Source: Methanothermobacter marburgensis str. Marburg (GTDB lineage: Archaea > Methanobacteriota > Methanobacteria > Methanobacteriales > Methanothermobacteraceae). From it: DNA of 32,000 nucleotides. The notes under the pieces were generated by a model. That model searched no databases and was not told the DNA's origin. It saw nothing but the letters and a program-made list of their open reading frames with translations. Shown piece by piece: positions 21,477 through 28,656 of this stretch. The stretch lies in the NCBI RefSeq assembly GCF_000145295.1, contig NC_014408.1, positions 1,440,001-1,472,000 of the forward strand. The letters run 5' to 3'. Position numbers and translations under genes: made by a program. The first letter of the stretch is position 1. Each line of letters starts with the position of its first letter.

Positions 21477-23996
21477 ATGAGAAAGTTTCTGTTCTTTATG
21501 ATGGCTGTCTTGTGTTTCTATCTTATAGGTAATTCTTTCGCTCTAAGTTTATCATATGATGAGGTTTGTGACGCCTCTAAGATGATAGGAAACTATACAG
21601 CATCACAGAACCGTATACCATCAATGGTTGTGGTTAATGGGAAGAATATAACATCAGACAATTATTTGTATGCGGCGTCCTCCACTGTCCTGAACCTTAA
21701 TCAGGGCAAAAGGACCGGCATATCATTACCTGATTATAATCCTCCTACTAATCCGAGTGGGGCGGCAACAGGAACACTCTACAAGACATACACAACAGGG
21801 ACAGGATACCTCCAAGCAGCCCAGAACATCAAAAACTTCATGGAATCCAATGGCAGGTCGCCGAACTATGCCAACACAGCCATTGGACAAGTGCGCTACG
21901 AAAGCCTGATCTACGCCTATGCAAGGATAATAAACTTCTACAACAGCACAGGCAAACTACCAGACCACATTACAATACAACAAATAACAAAAAAAGAAGG
22001 AACCATCACAAGGCCACGGGCCGACTACACCTACAAAATCGAAGGTTACACCACCTATTTCATGGATAAGAGCACAGGTTCCATCCAATCATGGCAATGG
22101 GACCTTGGAGACAACACAACAAGCACTGAAAGGAACCCAACACACACCTACAAAGCAGGAACATACACCGTAACCTTAACCGTCCGGGGTTATGGTGTCA
22201 CATCCACTAGGACGATGATGTTGGAGGTTATGCTTGCGACAATTCATGTTAATTCAACAGCAGTAACGTTTTTGGGACAAACTTTAAACTTAACCTTTAA
22301 AATGCCTCTTAACAATACAGCCAAATGGATTAGTATAGGGGCTATGGCTACAGGCCCATTCAATGAGACAGTATTCCTTGTGGAGGATGGTGTAGCATAT
22401 AAACTGGCAGAGCTAACCAACCCATTCTATCAGGTGAACAGGCAAAGTCAAAGGGAAATTGTCTGGACCGCCACCGCAGGACTGAACAGACTCATAGAAA
22501 TCTGCACAAAACTCGGACTCGACGAACTCGAAACAATAAATGAATACCTCAACAACTTCAACCTAACAGAACAAGAAAAGAACTTCATCCTAACAAACCA
22601 TGGAAGATGCATAGACATCCTCCAAGTCAGCATAGAATATCCTGGCGAAGAAAGTGTCACAATAGCCAACATAACATTCCCAGGGAACCGATCAACAAGG
22701 ACGCTCCTACTACTCTACACAAACGGCTACTACATACACCCGCCAGGAGAAACCGGGCCCAACATAATAATAAATGACACCCTAACCTGGGAAGCCAGCA
22801 ACTATGACGCCATTATAACCTACACCATAGCCACCAAAAAAATAACAAACCAGACACTACAATACTGGCTAAACAAAGAATACCCTCCAGGACCATTAAA
22901 AGCAGCCTACGGACTATTCCTCGCAGGCCTCGAAACAATATACCTCCACGACACAATCGCAGACCAGGCAGCCGCAAAATACAACATAACATGGACAAGA
23001 ACCAGGCCAGCGATGGTCTCAGCAGGAGACCACAGCCCAGCGACATGGATAAGCCTGGAATGCAACCACAACATGGGAGTGAAAGCCAACGGAACAACAC
23101 AAAACCTGAAAGCATTCAACTACGCAAGGACATCCACCATAAACCCAATAGAATACTATGTTATGGAAGCCTTATTCCCAGGATCAGACCCCACAACCGC
23201 CCCAATAACAGGAATAGGCCAGAAACTACTCAATGGAGAGCCACTAGACATCCTCGAAACCGAAAATTATACGCTAATCACTGACAACCAAGGAAGATAC
23301 ATCATAATAGACCATAAAACAGGAATGGTCAGAGACATAATCTACAATCTTATGGGAGCATACTGCTACTACCACCAACAAACAGAATGGGCCCAAGAAC
23401 TTGGCCGAACCATAATGTCCTCTGAAAGGTTAAAGTCACTCTTGGATGGTAATGGCACAGTAAATCTTGAAGGTTTAAGGGATAGTGTGGGAAAAGCCTT
23501 CATGGGTCTTATAGTTTCAATGCGACTCGCCCTACATAACCCCATGACCTTTGTTGAAATCATCAGTTATGGCTTGGTGGGTCAGGGCCTCATAGGAGTT
23601 AACATAGCAGCATACGCAACAACAATAGCCTACATAAACTCCAAACTCAACAACATTACAGGCAGCATCAAAGAATTTATCGTGGAACATCAAACATACA
23701 TTTCAAATGATTTTGTTGAATATATGCTTCCAGCAGTAATATATGTATTATCGAAATCTGGTGGTGGGGTAATACTTCAGCCAGTTGGTTTGTGTATGGC
23801 TATAGGCAATGGGATACTCGATTTTAGGGATCATTATCTCCCAGAGGAATATTGGAAATATATTGCATATCATCGTACATGGGCTCATGGTTATGAGCTT
23901 AGGGCTTATGTTGGTGAGGATCATTGTATACACTATATTGAAATACCGAAGGACCCTGATGGTACTCTACGGTGGGATGAAGCAGTATATATTTAA
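21477..23996 (+). CDS. Large secreted or cell-wall-associated protein: signal peptide, two pseudomurein-binding-like repeats, a PKD domain, an unknown region of about 400 aa, and a hydrophobic C-terminal region
   Basis: ATG 21477 lies 7 nt after GGAGGTG, and the TTG at 21459 is unlikely. Signal-like 'MRKFLFFMMAVLCFYLIGNSFA'. PMBR-like segments 'YDEVCDASKMIGNYTASQNRIPSMVVVNGKNITSDNYLYAASSTVLNL' and 'YLQAAQNIKNFMESNGRSPNYANTAIGQVRYESLIYAYARIINFY'. PKD signature 'WQWDLGDNTTSTERNPTHTYKAGTYTVTLTV' (about 22020-22235). At least 18 N-x-S/T sequons counted by eye. Hydrophobic segments lie near the C-terminus. Confidence 0.85.
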   Translation: MRKFLFFMMAVLCFYLIGNSFALSLSYDEVCDASKMIGNYTASQNRIPSMVVVNGKNITSDNYLYAASSTVLNLNQGKRTGISLPDYNPPTNPSGAATGTLYKTYTTGTGYLQAAQNIKNFMESNGRSPNYANTAIGQVRYESLIYAYARIINFYNSTGKLPDHITIQQITKKEGTITRPRADYTYKIEGYTTYFMDKSTGSIQSWQWDLGDNTTSTERNPTHTYKAGTYTVTLTVRGYGVTSTRTMMLEVMLATIHVNSTAVTFLGQTLNLTFKMPLNNTAKWISIGAMATGPFNETVFLVEDGVAYKLAELTNPFYQVNRQSQREIVWTATAGLNRLIEICTKLGLDELETINEYLNNFNLTEQEKNFILTNHGRCIDILQVSIEYPGEESVTIANITFPGNRSTRTLLLLYTNGYYIHPPGETGPNIIINDTLTWEASNYDAIITYTIATKKITNQTLQYWLNKEYPPGPLKAAYGLFLAGLETIYLHDTIADQAAAKYNITWTRTRPAMVSAGDHSPATWISLECNHNMGVKANGTTQNLKAFNYARTSTINPIEYYVMEALFPGSDPTTAPITGIGQKLLNGEPLDILETENYTLITDNQGRYIIIDHKTGMVRDIIYNLMGAYCYYHQQTEWAQELGRTIMSSERLKSLLDGNGTVNLEGLRDSVGKAFMGLIVSMRLALHNPMTFVEIISYGLVGQGLIGVNIAAYATTIAYINSKLNNITGSIKEFIVEHQTYISNDFVEYMLPAVIYVLSKSGGGVILQPVGLCMAIGNGILDFRDHYLPEEYWKYIAYHRTWAHGYELRAYVGEDHCIHYIEIPKDPDGTLRWDEAVYI

Positions 23997-24127
23997 GGTG
24001 GTGGTTTGTTTGGATTGATAAGCTTTATGTGCTGATTATCTAGGTGTTGGTTTCAGTGGCAGATCTACTAAGTTGTGTTTGGTTTTGGCTTTGAGGTGAT
24101 TTGTGGTGGGGTGATTGGAGAAAAAGG

Positions 24128-24517
24128 ATGGGTGGTTCTATGTTAGGTTTAAGAATAATCATAGGCTGTATACTTTTTATGTTAGTATTTATAGGTTGTA
24201 TATTACTGATATTAGGAGGTTTAGGAGAACGGGAAAAGAGGTTGGATTTTCTCTTATATGGGGTTATAGGTGGTGTGTTGCTTGCCATTGGATCTTTTTT
24301 CCTTGGGGGGGATGTGGGGGCTTTCACATTCCTCATAATCTCTTTCATCTTCTTAAATAAGATAGGGAAACTTAAGATGGAATGGTTAGCCAAATCCTCC
24401 ATAATACTAGCATACATCTTTGCTTTAACAATGATAATCTTAGACAGAATATTAATAGGTATTTTTGCTCTGATAGTGGCAACCCTTTTAATCAAAGAAT
24501 CCAAGACTTCAGTATGA
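24128..24517 (+). CDS. Small polytopic membrane protein (129 aa, about 4 TM helices)
   Basis: ATG 24128 lies 7 nt after GGAG (24117-24120). Four long hydrophobic stretches, e.g. 'LRIIIGCILFMLVFIGCILLILGG'. The overlapping antisense 163-aa ORF is low-complexity and rejected. Confidence 0.6.
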   Translation: MGGSMLGLRIIIGCILFMLVFIGCILLILGGLGEREKRLDFLLYGVIGGVLLAIGSFFLGGDVGAFTFLIISFIFLNKIGKLKMEWLAKSSIILAYIFALTMIILDRILIGIFALIVATLLIKESKTSV

Positions 24518-24597
24518 GGATCCCATTGCATACAACATGGAATGCCGAAGAACCCTGATGGTACTCTACGGTGGGGATGAAGCAGTATATTGTTAGT
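24512..24597 (+). repeat. Second, degenerate copy of the last ~85 nt of the large gene (tail copy B)
   Basis: gaggatcccattgcatacaac...accctgatggtactctacggtgggGatgaagcagtatat aligns with 23916-23996. Identical runs of 24 and 14 nt are separated by one extra G. Weaker similarity continues about 35 nt past the stop (23997-24035 versus 24598-24635). Confidence 0.8.
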
Positions 24598-24611
24598 GAG
24601 GAGGGTCTTTT

Positions 24612-24848
24612 TTGGATTATGAATCTTTGTTTGGGAAGGTTTATTTTCTTATTTGTGTTGATATTATTTTATATTTTGTTGGGATTAGGCATTTTAATGG
24701 TTTGGTTCCAATAGCGGCCCTTTTAGCCGTGTTTATTTATTTCCTTTTATTCTGGTTGCACTTCTTCGTGGATGAGTTGAAGGGAAAAAAAGAAGAAATA
24801 AGATGGATGATGGCCATAATCCTTGCATTAATTATATTCGGAACATAA
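24612..24848 (+). CDS. Small hydrophobic protein (78 aa, 2-3 TM helices), TTG start
   Basis: TTG 24612 lies 6 nt after GAGGAGGG (24598-24605). The product is hydrophobic ('VPIAALLAVFIYFLLFWLHFF', 'MMAIILALIIFG'). A 32-codon ATG ORF in another frame (24619) is an alternative, so the call is tentative. Confidence 0.4.
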   Translation: MDYESLFGKVYFLICVDIILYFVGIRHFNGLVPIAALLAVFIYFLLFWLHFFVDELKGKKEEIRWMMAIILALIIFGT

Positions 24849-24925
24849 AGAGGAGTTATCATGTTGCCAAGATGAAGGGGGATGTTAAGGTTTTTTCATT
24901 TAATAGACCATAAAACAGGAATATT

Positions 24926-25546
24926 ATGGGAGCATACTACCACCAACAAACAGAACTAGCCAAAAAACTTGGGAATGAAATTTTGAATTGGAGTGGTTGG
25001 TGGAAATTTATTGGTGTTGCTGGTGTTTCAACAGCCGAGGCTGCTGTGCTTGAACTGGGTGTGCTTTCAGCCCCAGAAACCCTTGGTTTGAGTTTGGCTG
25101 TTACCCTGGCCGCATATATTATCATGGAGCATCCTGAATGGCTACCATACATCAAAGACGCCGCAATAATGACACTACTAACACCAGGTGGCATACCTCT
25201 TGCTATGGCGTATGCATGGTTGAGTAAGGATGCTACATACTTTGAATTACTTTTAAAGAAGATAACGGATCCTAATGAAGTCTTGGATAATGTGATAAAA
25301 GAGCTTCAGAATAGTTTAGATCCAAATAGTTTAATAGGACCCGATGGGAAAAGAGGAGATATTCTCGGGTTTTTCCGTGATAGATATGTGAGGTTCTATA
25401 ACTCTCTTAAGAGGGGAGATATTGTGGATGTTGTGAAATATGGTATTGAGCTTATTGCTGGAGGAATAACGGTTGGTTCGTGGGTGGTGAGTGGCTTTAA
25501 GGAATTTGTGAAGGCCGTTCTTGAAAAAGAAACTGGAGGAGATTAA
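24926..25546 (+). CDS. Orphan C-terminal fragment 1: begins with the junction motif of the large gene (MGAYYHQQTELAKKLG) and then diverges; hydrophobic plus helical, 206 aa
   Basis: DNA at 24899-24972 is homologous to 23303-23404 of the large gene (identical runs aatagaccataaaacaggaat, tatgggagcatac, taccaccaacaaacagaa). The ORF starts at the Met conserved in 'NLMGAYCYYHQQTE'. The remainder has no visible similarity to the main C-terminus. Confidence 0.6.
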   Translation: MGAYYHQQTELAKKLGNEILNWSGWWKFIGVAGVSTAEAAVLELGVLSAPETLGLSLAVTLAAYIIMEHPEWLPYIKDAAIMTLLTPGGIPLAMAYAWLSKDATYFELLLKKITDPNEVLDNVIKELQNSLDPNSLIGPDGKRGDILGFFRDRYVRFYNSLKRGDIVDVVKYGIELIAGGITVGSWVVSGFKEFVKAVLEKETGGD

Positions 25547-25547
25547 A

Positions 25548-26171
25548 TTGGATTTAAATGCAGTCATATTATTTATATTTCTATTAAGTGTAGTCTTCAT
25601 TTTCATAGAATATTCTCTAGGAAAAATCGCGTTGGGATTAATTGAAAAAGAAGAGTATGAAAAAGCCATAAATGTCTATAGGCTCCTCATATCAAAAACT
25701 GAGAAAGATTTATTCAACATAGGATTCTGTTTCACCCAAAACAAAGAATACCAAAAAGCTTTAAAATATTATGACAAGGCATTAAAAATAAATCCGGAAT
25801 ATGCAGAAGCATGGAACAACAAAGGAATAATACTAAAAGAACTTAAAAAATACAAAAAAGCCCTAAAATGCTACAACAAAGCCCTAGAAATAAACCCTGA
25901 ACTTATAGAAGCATGGAACAACAAAGGAACAACCCTCCAGGAGCTGGGCAAATATGAAGAAGCACTAGAATGCTACAACAAAGCCCTAGAAATAAACCCA
26001 AAAAGCATTGAAACATTAACTTACAAGGGAATAACATTATCCAAAATCGGCAAATACAAAAAAGCCCTAAAATGCTTCGACAAAGCACTCAAAATAAACC
26101 CAAAAAACAAACTATTACACAAAACCAAAGCAGCACTTCACAAAAAACTTAAAAACCAAGAAAAAGCCTGA
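25548..26171 (+). CDS. TPR-repeat protein with an N-terminal TM anchor (about 207 aa, about 5 TPRs)
   Basis: TTG 25548 lies 7 nt after GGAGGA (25535-25540) and 1 nt after the stop of fragment 1. 'LNAVILFIFLLSVVFIFI' is a TM helix, followed by repeated 34-aa units such as 'AEAWNNKGIILKELKKYKKALKCYNKALEINP'. Confidence 0.85.
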   Translation: MDLNAVILFIFLLSVVFIFIEYSLGKIALGLIEKEEYEKAINVYRLLISKTEKDLFNIGFCFTQNKEYQKALKYYDKALKINPEYAEAWNNKGIILKELKKYKKALKCYNKALEINPELIEAWNNKGTTLQELGKYEEALECYNKALEINPKSIETLTYKGITLSKIGKYKKALKCFDKALKINPKNKLLHKTKAALHKKLKNQEKA

Positions 26172-26195
26172 TGTTACAACCTCGAAAATGTCGCA

Positions 26196-26639
26196 ATGAT
26201 GACCATACTACCAACACCAGGTGGTCTGCCAACATTCATCACCTACACATTACTAACAGGAGACACACAACCAATACAAAACTATCTTGAAATACTATCA
26301 AGACAGTCAGACGGATGGACCCGTAGAATGGTAAATGAGTATAGAGAAGCCGTAGATACTCTAAGGGCGGTTAGCAGTGGTAGTGTTGGTGGCGATCCCG
26401 ACGATATAGAAAGGGCTATAAATAATTTAGGTAAATTCATGAGGGATGAATGGAAGCTGTTCAAGGAGGCTTTAAAGGATGGGGATGTTGTGGAGGCCAT
26501 AAAACATGGAAGCACTATAATAGGCACCGGGATGGGCGTTGCGGCCCTGTTAACATATGAGAATCGCGAGGCGATAGAGGCATGCATACTAGGATTCAAA
26601 AACTACCTAGAAAAGAAGTTGAGAGAGGCTGGAGCATGA
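26196..26639 (+). CDS. Orphan C-terminal fragment 2: divergent paralogue of the C-terminal half of fragment 1 (147 aa)
   Basis: 'MMTILPTPGGLPTFITYTLLTGD' matches 'IMTLLTPGGIPLAMAYAWLSKD', 'FKEALKDGDVVEAIKHGSTIIGTGMGVAALL' matches 'FYNSLKRGDIVDVVKYGIELIAGGITVGSWV', and 'GFKNYLEKKLREAG' matches 'GFKEFVKAVLEKETG'. No obvious ribosome binding site, so expression is uncertain. Confidence 0.5.
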   Translation: MMTILPTPGGLPTFITYTLLTGDTQPIQNYLEILSRQSDGWTRRMVNEYREAVDTLRAVSSGSVGGDPDDIERAINNLGKFMRDEWKLFKEALKDGDVVEAIKHGSTIIGTGMGVAALLTYENREAIEACILGFKNYLEKKLREAGA

Positions 26640-27796
26640 ACCCCCTTAAGAAGATAAAGGATTGGATGGCCAGCGGAAAAGCTGGATGGCACCTCAGCGG
26701 GGGCCGATCAAGCCTAAAACAGGGAAAATACAAAGAAGCTCTTAAAGAATTCAGGAAAGCCCTCAAGGCGAGTCCAAACGACCCGGAAATCTTGCACTAT
26801 AATGCAATGACACTACTAAAACTCAAAAGACCAGAGAAAGCCTTAGAATGTTATGAAAAAATCCTCAAAAACAATCCAAAACTAGCAGAAGCATGGAACA
26901 ACAAAGGAGTAGTCCTTAAAGAACTTAAGAGATATGATGAGGCATTGGAATGCTATGAAAGGGCACTACAAATAGATCCAGAAGACGATGGAACATGGAA
27001 CAACAAAGGAGCGCTCCTTGACACAATCGGTAAACCTGAAAAAGCAATAGAATGTTATGAAAAAGCCTTAGAAATAAACCAAAAAAATGCAAAAGCATGG
27101 TATAATAAAGGTAACGGATTACGTAGTCTTGGAAAATATGAGGAGGCATTGGAATGCTATGAAAAAGCATTACAGATAAACGCAGAATTCGTAGAGGCAT
27201 GGTACAACAAAGCACTAATTCTTGAAGAACTTAAGAGATATGATGAGGCATTGGAATGCTATGAAAGGGCACTACAAATAGATCCAGAAGACGATGGAAC
27301 ATGGAACAACAAAGGAGCGCTCCTTGACACAATCGGTAAACCTGAAAAAGCAATAGAATGTTATGAAAAAGCCTTAGAAATAAACCAAAAAAATGCAAAA
27401 GCATGGAACAACAAAGGAGTAGTCCTTGAAGAACTTAAGAGATATGATGAGGCATTGGAATGCTATGAAAAAGCCTTAGAAATAAACCTAGAAAACGACG
27501 AAACATGGGCTAACAAGGGAGTACTCCTCAGGAAACTTGGAAAATATGAGGAGGCACTGGAATGTTTTGAAAAAGCCCTTGAAATAAACCCAGAATTCGC
27601 AGATGCATGGAAATGGAAAGGAATAATCCTGGAAGACCTCAAAAAACCAGAGGAAGCCCTGAAATGCCACAAGCAAGCCCTCAAACTAAACCCCCCAAAA
27701 CAAAACACTACAAAAACTTGGAAAACACCAAAAAAGTCCTACAAAAAAAGCCCTGAAAGAACTCCAAATGAAAGGCCAAAGTCACCCTTAGGGTAA
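26636..27796 (+). CDS. TPR-repeat protein (about 386 aa, about 10 TPRs) with a Lys/Pro-rich tail
   Basis: ATG 26636 overlaps the stop of fragment 2 (gcATGA) and follows GGCTGGAG. It contains repeated 'AWNNKG..L..L.RY.EALECYEKALEINP' units. The tail is 'NPPKQNTTKTWKTPKKSYKKSPERTPNERPKSPLG'. Confidence 0.9.
   Translation: MNPLKKIKDWMASGKAGWHLSGGRSSLKQGKYKEALKEFRKALKASPNDPEILHYNAMTLLKLKRPEKALECYEKILKNNPKLAEAWNNKGVVLKELKRYDEALECYERALQIDPEDDGTWNNKGALLDTIGKPEKAIECYEKALEINQKNAKAWYNKGNGLRSLGKYEEALECYEKALQINAEFVEAWYNKALILEELKRYDEALECYERALQIDPEDDGTWNNKGALLDTIGKPEKAIECYEKALEINQKNAKAWNNKGVVLEELKRYDEALECYEKALEINLENDETWANKGVLLRKLGKYEEALECFEKALEINPEFADAWKWKGIILEDLKKPEEALKCHKQALKLNPPKQNTTKTWKTPKKSYKKSPERTPNERPKSPLG
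26921..27406 (+). repeat. Perfect 180-bp direct duplication inside the TPR gene (26921-27100 = 27227-27406, offset 306 bp = 3 TPR units)
   Basis: The two 180-nt strings (gaacttaagagatatgatgaggc...aaaaatgcaaaagcatgg) are identical on base-by-base reading. In addition, 26891-26960 recurs at 27401-27470 with one mismatch. Confidence 0.95.
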
Positions 27797-28299
27797 CAGC
27801 ACCTTTGAAGGCTTAAAGAACAGCGCGAAAAAAGCTTTTATGAGTCTTATAGCTTCAATGCAACTCCCCCCACACAACCCCATAACCTTTATACTCGGTT
27901 ATGGCTTGGTAGGCCACCAAGTTAAAATGGCAGCATATGCAACAACAATAGCCTACATAAACTCCAAACAGGCAGCATCAAAGAATTTATCGTGGAACAT
28001 CAAACATACATTCCATGGGATGTTGTAGAAGGTATAATAACTATTGGTGGTGTTAAAGCTCTTGCTACTAGTGTGGAACTCAATCTAGGTTTTATAGGTG
28101 TAATTATAGGTGAAGGTGATTTGATTCTTAGGATAAGGGACCATTACCTACCTAGGGAATACTGGAAGTATCGTATCATCCAGGGTCATTCTATGGTTAT
28201 GAGGTTAGGGCTTATGTTGGTGAGGATCATTGTATACACTATATTGAAATACCGAAGAACCCTGATGTAGTTTGAGGTGGGATGATGCTCGATACATAG
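27792..28299 (+). pseudogene. Decayed third copy of the C-terminal ~530 nt of the large gene (tail copy C), broken by frameshifting indels
   Basis: It aligns with 23465-23996 and includes identical runs of 31 nt (gcaacaacaatagcctacataaactccaaac), 44 nt (caggcagcatcaaag...catacatt) and 53 nt (23899-23951 = 28205-28257). A 13-nt deletion after 'aactccaaa' and a net 4-nt deletion after the 'EYWKY' codons split it over three frames (ORFs 27840..28028 and 27992..28270). Confidence 0.8.
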
Positions 28300-28656
28300 G
28301 CTTCTTTATTATATTGCGGTTATTTTGTCATCTTTCACGGTTCCAGTAACTTTGCTGGCCATTAGATCATATGCAGTGATGCAGGCACAGGTCAGATTAT
28401 TGTTAGTGTTTCTTTTAATGATAAATTTTGTACTCCTATTATCTTAGGTCTAAGAGAGCGTTTAAATGAGAAGAAAAAGGGGCAATTGAAACCCTCACGT
28501 TTATAATATTTTTACTACTTATAATTGTTCTTCCAGGTGCTCCTGCTTAACAAAACACGGGAGACATGTAAATGAATTATCATAACTAACATGATGTGCA
28601 ATTATCATGATGCTGTAATATTACGAAATAACCGGAATAAGCATGACACTTTATGT

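Noticed and set aside
22813-23284. Minus-strand 100-aa and 70-aa ORFs and a plus-strand 97-aa alternative-frame ORF inside the large island gene
   Set aside because: Their composition is biased (Leu/Cys/Arg/Gly or Arg/Pro/Asn runs), as expected of shadow frames in an A/C-rich coding region. They lie fully inside a long ORF that has domain support.
24040-24531. 163-aa minus-strand ORF overlapping the 129-aa membrane protein gene
   Set aside because: The product is low-complexity (Pro/Lys/Asn/Ile/Ser-rich) with no recognisable start context. The plus-strand frame gives a coherent 4-TM protein with a ribosome binding site, and every other island gene is on the plus strand.
26169-26201. Stop-codon readthrough joining the first TPR gene to fragment 2 (same frame, single TGA between them)
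   Set aside because: A shared frame has a one-in-three chance by itself. Homology to fragment 1 starts only at about 26190, and there is no known readthrough context.
21477-27800. Alternating A/C-rich and G/T-rich blocks on the plus strand as evidence of mosaic origin or strand inversions
   Set aside because: The blocks track amino-acid composition. Thr/Asn/Pro/Gln/Lys-rich extracellular and TPR segments alternate with Leu/Val/Gly/Ile/Phe-rich hydrophobic segments, and all of them read in continuous plus-strand frames.
23899-28257. Diversity-generating retroelement (template/variable repeat) as an explanation for the repeated 3-prime tails
   Set aside because: The window has no reverse transcriptase gene. 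The differences between copies are indels and mixed substitutions, not adenine-specific changes.
20711-28656. The island as a prophage, IS element or integrative element
   Set aside because: I could recognise no integrase, transposase, capsid or terminase-like ORF, no flanking tRNA, and no terminal direct or inverted repeats by eye. Only a tentative decayed ORF lies in the left flank.
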